Shown: positions 54,217-64,000 of the stretch, one piece after another
Layout of the letters: each line of letters starts with the position of its first letter
Position numbering within the stretch: position 1 is the stretch's first letter
Source: Eledone cirrhosa
Lineage: Eukaryota
Assembly: GCA_964016885.1 (NCBI GenBank)
Contig: OZ024746.1
Coordinates: 49,042,001 to 49,106,000, forward strand
DNA: 64,000 nt
Direction: 5' to 3'
Made by a program: the position numbers and the translations under genes
The notes under the pieces: generated by a model
Told to the model about the DNA's origin: nothing
The model's database searches: none
The model's input: the letters and a program-made list of their open reading frames with translations, nothing else

Positions 54217-55937
54217 ATATTTGTTTATTGAAAAAAAAACAACAAAGATTTAATATAATAGGTCTGTTTGGGAACAGGTTTTGAATTGACCAATAGAAAA
54301 GTAGTAAGTGGTCAAGTGATGGAATAGTAGTAGTAGAAATTTAATTTAGGGGGTAGAGGAATGCAGACTTCAGTTTTGAATGGAAGATATTACTTTGGGG
54401 ATGAAAATAGGTCAAGCCAGTGAAAGGTACACGAAAATTTGATGTTATTAAAGAATAATGCTAATGTTAAAATCTAAGGAGAATAAAATTTTACGATAAA
54501 TGTGTTAGTGAAAAATATCAATCTTATTTAAAACATAAGGAATTTAGATCTATAAAAAGAAATTAAATTAAATTTAATTGATAGGTATATTTATAGGGAT
54601 AAATTTATATTAATTCATATAGATATGATAAATAAGAGTTAGATGTTATTAAAGAATGTTGTTAAAAACGAAGGAAAAAGACTTTTTTTTTGGGGGGGGG
54701 GGATAAATGTATTAGTGAGAATAACAAACTTATATAGATTACAAGGAATTTAGATTCATAACAGGAAATTAAAATAGTTTATAGGTATACTTATTGGTAT
54801 AAATTTTAGGAAAAGATAGCTATAAAAGGGAAATAAAATTATGCAGTTCTTAGTAGTAGAATATTAATTATAGGTTAACTAATTTTAAAAAATTAATTAT
54901 AATAATTTGTAAAATATAAGTGTATATTAATTAGGTTTATAATATTTGAAAGTTTTTCTAATTCTATGATTGCACGATATAATTAATTCTTGTCGCTTAT
55001 TTAATAGGATATCCTTAGATTTAATTATTTCAAAAGTTCCTGGGAACATAATCTACATTCATATCTATTATTTTGATAACGGGTGGCCCTGTTGAGCACA
55101 CTCCAGGTCAGGTTATAATGGATATTTGAAATAATGAAATCTAATTAAATAAGCGACAAGAATTAATTATATCGTGCAATCATAGAATTAGAAAAACTTT
55201 CAATATTATAAACCTAATTAATATACACTTATATTTTACAAATTATTATAATTAATTTTTTAAAATTAGTTAACCTATAATTAATATTCTACTACTAAGA
55301 ACTGCATGATTTTATTTCCCTTTTTTAGCTATCTTTTCCTAAAATTTATACCTAAAAGTATACATATAAAGTATTTTAATTTCCTGTTATGAATCTAAAT
55401 TCCTTGTAATCTATATAAGTTTGTTATTTCTCACTAATACATTTATCCCGCCAAAAAAAATTTGTTTTCCTTCGTTCTTAACAACATTCTTTAATAACAT
55501 CTAACTCTTATTTATCATATCTATATGAATTAATATAAATTTATCCCTATAAATATACCTATCAATTAAATTAATTTAATTTTTTTTATAGATCTAAATT
55601 CCTTATGTTTTAAATAAGATTGATATTTATCGTAAAATTTTATTCTCCTTAGATTTTAACATTAGCATTATTCTTTAATAACATCAAATTTTCGTGTACC
55701 TTTCACGGCTTGACCTATTTTCATCCCCAAAGTAATCTTTTCATTCAAAAATACTCTTTCCATTCAAATTGAAGTCTGCATTCCTCTGCCCTCTAAATTA
55801 AAATTTCTACTACTACTATTCTATCAACTTGACCACTTACTACTTTTCTATTGGTCAATTCAAAACCTGTTCCAAAACCTATTATATTAAATCTTTGTTG
55901 GGTTTTTTTTTCAATAAACAAATATCATTATTTCTGA

Positions 55938-56112
55938 TTGGCAGTATCGGTAGAGGGTCGGACGCCATGCTTTCTAGCATAGTTACGTCCCTTTACGATC
56001 TGAGTTCAAATCCCGCCGAGGTTGACTTTGCCTTTCATCCTTACGGGGTCGATAAAATAAAGTACCAGTAATGTACTGGGTAATTGCTGGCCTTGTGCCT
56101 AAAGTAGAAACA
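55938..56112 (+). mobile_element. SINE with 11-bp target-site duplication
   Basis: ATTATTTCTGA at 55927-55937 and 56113-56123; absent from the mirror arm. Confidence 0.93.
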
Positions 56113-56248
56113 ATTATTTCTGAAACAGCATATATATATGTGTAGGTATGTATATTCCCTCTGATAGTTTGTACATTTTTTACATAGATCTATATGATAT
56201 ACATACCAACACACACATATATATCCTAGAAACAATCGTAAAATGATG
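56113..56248 (+). ncRNA. Mirror copy of the 54082 hammerhead, damaged
   Basis: AUUAUUU-CUGAAA (G lost)...GAAA-CAAUCG-UA-AAAUGAUG. Confidence 0.55.
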
Positions 56249-56481
56249 AATTTTTTAATATAAGGAACTGTTTCTTTGTTTTTATTCATTATTTTTATTA
56301 ATTTATCTTAACCTTGTTTTCCTGCGTTTTTCATCGAAAAAATTTGAATACATCTTCTCTTTTCATGATATTTGGATTACATTGAGTTCTTCATACGGAT
56401 TGGACGCTACCGTATATTTTGGTAGATTTATCTACATATATATATATTTATTATTATGTAATAAACAACACAAGGCAATTA

Positions 56482-56541
56482 TTCCATTTACCAGTGGTTT
56501 CTTAAAAGCAAAAGGTTTTGCTTTCAATCCTCAGAATGAAA
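56482..56541 (-). ncRNA. Type I hammerhead ribozyme motif
   Basis: Reverse complement of the 61694 motif. Confidence 0.88.
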
Positions 56542-56838
56542 AAATCCTGGTTTGTTTATTGAATTTGGATCTTAAAAACAAAAAAGCAAGCTATATGAAA
56601 GTGAGGCTGGAGAAGGAAGAAGGAAAGGAAACAATAAAATAAGACTACACATACAACCACACATACACGAAAAAACATAAAGGCACACACACACACACAC
56701 ACACACACACGCATACACACACACGTATACACACACACGTTATTCCGGGTTGAATCGGAGGCAGCCATAGTAAGCAAGGCACTCAGTACACCGCAGAGCA
56801 TGAAAGTTTTAATATAGATGAGAATCTGTATATGTATA

Positions 56839-56877
<39 letters not shown>

Positions 56878-57303
56878 GCGCATGTGTATGCGCGCACGCA
56901 CGCACGCGTATACAAATATAAATATATTTCCCCCATACACATGTGTGTGCGTGCATGCGCGCATACGCGCATGCGTACGCGTGCCCATGGGTGCGCGCGA
57001 GTGTATGAGTGGGTATGTTCTGTTGAAAGTGTCTCGTGAATTTATGGCTACAATTTTATAGATTATACTTAGAAATTGTCTACAGAATTCCCTAAACCTT
57101 CGTCAATTTACTAGAACCTTTAAGAATTTAGCTTTTAAGGAATCTCCCCTTCCTCCAAATCTATCTACCATGACTCACCCCATACTGATCTTACAGACAC
57201 CTGTAAGCTAAAGAGAAACCTAATGATAAGGATTGGCTCCAATCTGAATACAGAAATCTGTCTGCCTTTGTTCCTCTAAAAACAAACATATACAAACATT
57301 CAT

Positions 57304-57352
<49 letters not shown>

Positions 57353-57444
57353 TATCTACACACACACACGCATACATATATATATATACACACACACACA
57401 TGCATATATACACACACATACACACACACACACACATATATACA

Positions 57445-57491
<47 letters not shown>

Positions 57492-57536
57492 GTGTACACG
57501 CATACACATACATACACATAGCCATACCCACACACA

Positions 57537-57591
<55 letters not shown>

Positions 57592-57693
57592 CATACATAC
57601 ATTCACACAATCAAACATATATACACACGTACATGCATACACATACATAAATGCACTCCTCTACATATTCACACACGCAAATAAATATAAGAA

Positions 57694-57800
<107 letters not shown>

Positions 57801-58238
57801 ATATTGAGACCGTTACATAAGGCAGCAAACTGGACAGACAAGCGTGGTAAGAAACACACACAAAAGCACATATACATACGCACGAAATAGTCAACGCATT
57901 CACACACTCTCACACATAAAAACATTTCAAATACAAATACATAAACGCATACATACGCATACATGCATAACCACGCACAGTTGTACAATCTATACACACA
58001 CACATGTGTATACAACTATATGCACACACACACATATATGCATACATATACACACATATATATACACGTACACATACACACACAATTACATACATAGCTA
58101 AACAATTATACACATACAAATACGTATATATCATAAACACGCACAACAGAACACAAACACACACACACACACACACACATACACACACACATACAATTAT
58201 CAATATATACACACGCACATATGTACACAAACACATAT

Positions 58239-58305
<67 letters not shown>

Positions 58306-58473
58306 CATGCATATACACATATACACACATACACAACCACGCACACACACATGCATACGCATACACACACGTATATGCGTGTGTGTATGTAAAACTCAAT
58401 CTTAGATAAATCATATGGACCTTACATATACGTATATATAGTAGTAAAGTATTAAAGCAACATAAGGCAATTA

Positions 58474-58535
58474 TTCCATTTACCAAGGGTTTCTTAAAAG
58501 CAAAAAAATGTTCCCTACAATCTTCAGGATGAGAG
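58474..58535 (-). ncRNA. Type I hammerhead motif in the 3' pLTR of the Naiad-type PLE
   Basis: UCAUC-CUGAAGA-UUGuAG..CUUUUAA-GAAA-CCcuuGG-UA-AAUGGA; diverged relative of 61694 and 24281. Confidence 0.7.
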
Positions 58536-58678
58536 AAACCTGGCTTATCCACACATACACATATATACACACACACACAAATACATACATATATAAATAC
58601 ATACACACAGGCACACACACACATACGTATAAACATATACATATACACATACACATACACACATATATCTATATATAC

Positions 58679-58713
<35 letters not shown>

Positions 58714-59019
58714 CATATATACACACAAATATACATACACATACACATAGGTATGTGGAGGGCAAGGTAAAAAGAATATATGTGGGGGTGCCGCATAGGA
58801 GAAGGTAAAATATAAGGGGAGGTAAGGGAGAAAAAAATAGATAATAAATGTAAATAAACAAGAGTACAGAACGTAGAAACAGTAAAATAAAAACCGTAGC
58901 AGAAGTAAAGAGCGGGTGAAAGAGTTCAAGGCGGTTGATTTATCATAGGAGTGTCAATCCAGTTACAGATCAGGTGCGGTCTCAGATGAGGACAGCATCT
59001 GAAGATCTCAGTCTTTGAA

Positions 59020-61023
59020 TTAAGGCAAGCGGAAGTGTCCTCTCAAGTTTAGCAAAATCCTATACTTTTCTGTGGTACACAAAGAACAATTCTTTGTGCC
59101 CCTTTGGTACTCCCTCGAATGGTCTAATATAGACCAATCAATAGAGTACGGGATGTTACTATCCTTGAGTTCCCACACCTTACTTGCGAGGGCCGTTGAT
59201 GTTCGTTTATCGGAGTGCTTAAAAGAAGCGACATGTGAGTAAAATCTGGTTTTAAACCTGTCCTGGATCATACCGACATATCGCTCACTCCTGGCTGGCT
59301 GGCTGGTTGTTGATTACTGGTGTTATCATAGCCTCATAAACGACAGATTTAGTGTTACATCTACCCTGCAATGGGCATTCGCCCGGCTTCCTGCAACTGC
59401 ATCTGGATTTATTCTCGTCCGGTTTGAGCTGGGTGATTTTGGACTTCATAGATGGGCAACAAGAGTAGCTGATCTTGACTACGTTCCTATTAAATATCTT
59501 ATAATATCTATGATTAGGAGGAAAATGTTTGTCTAATAGTTCAAGGAATTTCCTTCCTACATTAGTTTTGACAGTTAGAAGAAGGGGGGTGGGTGAACCA
59601 AATAATCTTCCTTTTCCTGTTATTGTGGTTAGTTTTAGGGGGGGGGGGAGTAGGTAAATAAGAATTTTTTTCTGTAAAACCGCTGTTCTTAAGGGCTTTA
59701 TTATAATAAGGTAGAAATCCTACGGCTAATGTTAGGAATAAGATTATTAAAAACTTTAGGGGGATGGCAAGACTCTTTGTGTATATACCTAAGATTTTCG
59801 TTAGGTTTATGGTAGGGTTTAAAAGAGGCAGTAAGTAAATCAGATTAATATCAAGAAAGTTAGCAATAGTAAGGTTCGTATCTATAGTAATTTTAAGGTT
59901 AAGATTAGCAAAAGTATTGATTAAATCTTTATGGAATTTATCAAGGTCATGGCCGTTGGTGGTATGAGAAACTGCTAATCCGTCATCACGGTATAAACCG
60001 ATATTATGGGACGGAAATTTCTCTTTGAGGGTGTGGAGAAGGAACAATCCAACTAAGTCACACACATCCGCACTGTCATATGAACCCATTGCGACATCAA
60101 AAGAGTTTTCAGGGTTTGACTTTTTAACCTAAATATTATCATTAGTAAAAAGTAAAGTTTTTCTAGCATGGAGGATAATATCTTCTTCTAATTTAGAAAT
60201 ATTAATGGAGGTCTTGCAAAATCTAAGGCCTTAGTTAATAAGGAAACAGTAATAGAAGGGTAAAAATCGACAATATCAAACTGGGTAAATCTACACTTAT
60301 TTTTACCTTGTATGTTATTGAACCAAGAAATAACAGAGGAAGTATTTAGCCACTGTGATAGGTCAGTGTTAGTTCTGATTTGGAGAATTATTTTTCTTAA
60401 GATATTCTTACTTACAAGGCCAACCTCGGATTTAGCCGGGTTAATCAATCTACAACTAGGTCGTTAGTAAAGTCCTATTTATGGTCTTTAAGGGTAATAT
60501 ATTCTTTACGCTTAGCTAAGCTTTCAATCCGGTTATCTATTTGTAAAGAACTAGCTAGTTCTTTAGCTTCTTTATTGATAGTATTGTAGGTATTATTATT
60601 AGTTAATTGATATTTATTGGTAATACTATTAGTTAAAAGTTGGTTATACAAAGTACTATTAACTTCAAAGAGGTTTTTAGTTTTATCAGAAAGAACGAAA
60701 GAGTTTGTAGAATTTCTAAAATTAGAAATATCGTTAGAAAGTTTGGTTTGAAAGTTATTATTGTACTTACGAAACTTGATATCATTAATTAGATTAACGA
60801 GGTCTAATTCGAAGCTGGCCATGTCTTTAATTCTAGGTGGATATTTACGAGATTTGATGTCAAAACAATCTTAGTATCAGCCCTGAATAGTCCGTCGTAA
60901 ACCATTGCCTTCCATCTCATTCTTTTAACGACTTGTTCGATTTTGTCTATGAGGATTTTGGTGTAAGTTGTGTTGGAAGGAGTGGGTATATTTTTGATTG
61001 AATAATCCAAATCATAAAGGTCC
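59020..61023 (-). pseudogene. Naiad-type PLE RT-GIY-YIG ORF, near full length but disrupted
   Basis: DYSIKNIP; KRMRWKA; SDKT.NLF; ITLKDHK; INPAKSEVG; QWLNT..VI.WF; FDIVDFYPSI; FDVAMGSYDSADVCDLVG; GLYRDDGL; CSCR...CPLQGRC; YVG...FKTRF.SH; CSLC.TEK; several stops and frameshifts. Confidence 0.92.
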
Positions 61024-61218
61024 AAGTATAATCTATACAATTGTAGCCATAAACTCACGAGACACTTTCAACAGAACATACCCACTCATACACTCGCGCG
61101 CACCCATGGCATGCGTACACATGCGCGTATGCGCGCATGCACGCACACACATGTGTATGGGGAAATATATTTATATTTGTATACGCGTGCGTGCGTTCGC
61201 GCATACACATGCGCGCGC

Positions 61219-61334
<116 letters not shown>

Positions 61335-61462
61335 TTGTATACATATACAGATTCTCATCTATATTAAAACTTTCATGCTCTGCGGTGTACTGAGTGTCTT
61401 GCTTACTATGGCTGCCTCCGATTCAACCCGGAATAACGTGTGTGTGTATACGTGTGTGTGTA

Positions 61463-61553
<91 letters not shown>

Positions 61554-61693
61554 CTTTATGGTTTTTCGTGTATGTGTGGTTGTATGTGTAGTCTTATTTT
61601 ATTTTTCCTTTCCTTTTTCCTTCTCCAGCCTCACTTTCATATAGCTTGCTTTTTTGTTTTTAAGATCCAAATTCAATAAACAAACCAGGATTT

Positions 61694-61753
61694 TTTCATT
61701 CTGAGGATTGAAAGCAAAACCTTTTGCTTTTAAGAAACCACTGGTAAATGGAA
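61694..61753 (+). ncRNA. Type I hammerhead ribozyme motif, canonical core
   Basis: UUUCAUU-CUGAGGA-UUGAAAGCAAA accu UUUGCUUUUAA-GAAA-CCACUGG-UA-AAUGGAA; predicted cleavage after GUA (61746). Confidence 0.9.
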
Positions 61754-61853
61754 TAATTGCCTTATGTTGTTTATTACATAATAATAATTAAGCTCTGTTG
61801 CTTACATAGAGCACTCTTTTTTTCCTGGACTTTTCCGACGAAATTACTTCATT

Positions 61854-61915
<62 letters not shown>

Positions 61916-62096
61916 ATATATATTATATATATATATATATAAAAGATGGCAACATGAATGGACCTGTTATTTTTCTCGAAAAACATTTTTTCCGATTCCG
62001 CCCACCCCGTCGCTTCATTCTTTCTAATTTCTCATTCTCTTTTCTGATGAATGTCCGAAACGTTAAGGCCCTCTTCCTCCTATTTTAAGAGTTAAA

Positions 62097-62184
<88 letters not shown>

Positions 62185-62291
62185 GGAGGTGAGTTTTATT
62201 GTAGCACAATAAAGCAATGCAAATATCGGATAAGTAGCTCTCAACAGTTTATAGGACTGGAGTATAAATAATATAAGATCAAAAGATGGTT

Positions 62292-62345
62292 AAAAGAGTT
62301 CCATGTATTTTATTATGCGCCTAATAAAATACATGGAACTCTTTT
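62292..62345. repeat. Short hairpin palindrome
   Basis: aaaagagttccatgtatttt...aaaatacatggaactctttt. Confidence 0.85.
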
Positions 62346-62429
62346 TGCCTTTCATCCTTACGGGGTCGATAAAATAAAGTACCAGTAATGCACTGGGTAA
62401 TTTGCTGGCCTTGTGCCTAAAATAGAAAC

Positions 62430-62433
<4 letters not shown>
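62345..62433 (+). mobile_element. 5'-truncated SINE
   Basis: ttgcctttcatccttacggggtcgataaaataaagtaccag...agaaacaatta. Confidence 0.9.
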
Positions 62434-62504
<71 letters not shown>

Positions 62505-64000
62505 CTGGTCATGGGTCTAAATTAAAACTCATAATTTTAATTTTGTATAATAATATACCAAATGTTAGGGCAAGATATAACATACATATGGAAAATAACA
62601 CTTAAGAACATTACCTTTAATGTTGTATGTTATGAAAATCACAATGACAGGGAGAACAGATCGGCCCTTGGCCCATGGTCACTGTCAGATAATTCTCTTA
62701 TAGACTGATGCTTCTCTAATTCAGATTCACTGCTACATTAAGATCTAGTAATACATAACGAAAACTAGTCAATCAGCTCTGACAAAAGAAATAGCATTTT
62801 GTTATAAAAAAAAAAGATATTGGAAAGAAAATCAATATATCCATTTGAGTAGATATTTTCCCATTCACTCGGCTTGTCACTACTACTTTTGCGTTCATCG
62901 CTTAATTTTGCCAGTCTATTTAGTAATACCAACTATGTATATGCAGTAGCGTAACAAATATCCATTGTATTTCAATGAATGAACGTCACGTGCAAGCCGT
63001 CTTGAAACATTTACATACTGGTAATTCAATCTCACTTGAAAGATTTCCGTTCATTTGCACTACTGGCGCCATGAGCAAAAGTGAAATATTTAGTCAATTT
63101 TACCACACACTTCTCCACCGCTATAACCACCATGCCATGCCTCCTTGATCACTATCATTCTTACTAGCTAAATCTGAATGACTACCATATCGAACTTCTA
63201 GAATATCCCTCCTCCTTTCACAATCTATCATTTGTACACTACTACTAACATCACTACTATTATTGCATTATGCCTAGCTTTTTCTAGTCCTATCAATAAC
63301 ATCAAATATATTTACAGAGAGAGAGGGGGGGGGGGGGAGGGGGCGAGAGAGAGTCTACGATGCTTACACTACTATTAGAATGACCACTACTAAACCTACC
63401 GTTAAAACATCACCACCACAACTATTCCATCTCAACTACCAGACTAAAGTTACTATCATTGCCGACTCTATTGCTGCTACTGTCTCCCACCACTAACACT
63501 AATACCAGCACCAAAATCGATACCAGAATGATAACATCAATGCTTCTAATATTCTATCAGCAACACCGGTATGCCATAAACTGCTAAGTTCTCCAGCTGT
63601 TTCACATTGATATTCTCATAAATTATATAATATTAAGCTTCCAGATTTGTTGAAACATCGAGGTTAGTTTGACTGTTAGTAGAAAGAGAATGACTGGAAG
63701 GAAATATACGTAGATATCTTCTACATAAAAAACAAATAGCCATCGCCTGGCAAAAAATACTACTTAATGAAAAGTGTGGAAAATAAATCATTTGCTCTAT
63801 GATACATTCTGACCAAGAAAGGCAGAAAAACAATCACATAATTTTAATTAATACAATTACTGAAACTATAGTGTTCCAGCATAGTGTTGGTAGAGGGCTC
63901 ATGTGTTACAGTGTCAGTACAGTGACTACTCTGGATATGTTTCGCCCTCCTCAACAACATAATATAACCGAGAGTTAGTTAATTTTTTTAGAGAGTTAGT

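Larger units (their letters stand above)
54028..56302. mobile_element. Large fold-back element (~980-bp arms, ~140-bp spacer), non-coding, HHR-bearing
   Basis: 54028-55005 is the reverse complement of 55145-56302 apart from a SINE in the right arm. Confidence 0.92.

Noticed and set aside
58950-59020. 3' UTR hairpin CAGATG...CATCTG as SECIS or ribozyme
   Set aside because: No AUGA/GA quartet with apical AA and no HHR core; the stops I checked in this ORF are TAG.

Overview
AT-rich, microsatellite-laden eukaryotic DNA. The SINE families and (TA)n/(CA)n load suggest an octopus-like mollusc (inference). I can support no host protein-coding gene; most ORF-track calls are microsatellite translations. 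The window is a graveyard of retroelements dominated by Penelope-like elements (PLEs: RT plus GIY-YIG). These comprise one near-complete Penelope/Poseidon-type copy (20.1-24.1 kb), two Naiad-type copies (25.7-28.2 and 59.0-61.0 kb), further decayed PLEs and many non-coding fold-back derivatives. There are also RTE, CRE-like and R4-like LINE scraps and about 15 tRNA-derived SINEs. Read by eye on both strands, the PLE termini hold at least 15 type I hammerhead ribozyme (HHR) motifs from about 7 sequence families, most with a palindromic (dimer-type) stem III. Several have very long stem II arms, and one family has a non-canonical CAGUUGA core. Insertions repeatedly build inverted repeats, and two of these keep an empty-site copy that defines a later insertion. 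All coordinates and folds were read manually and are approximate.
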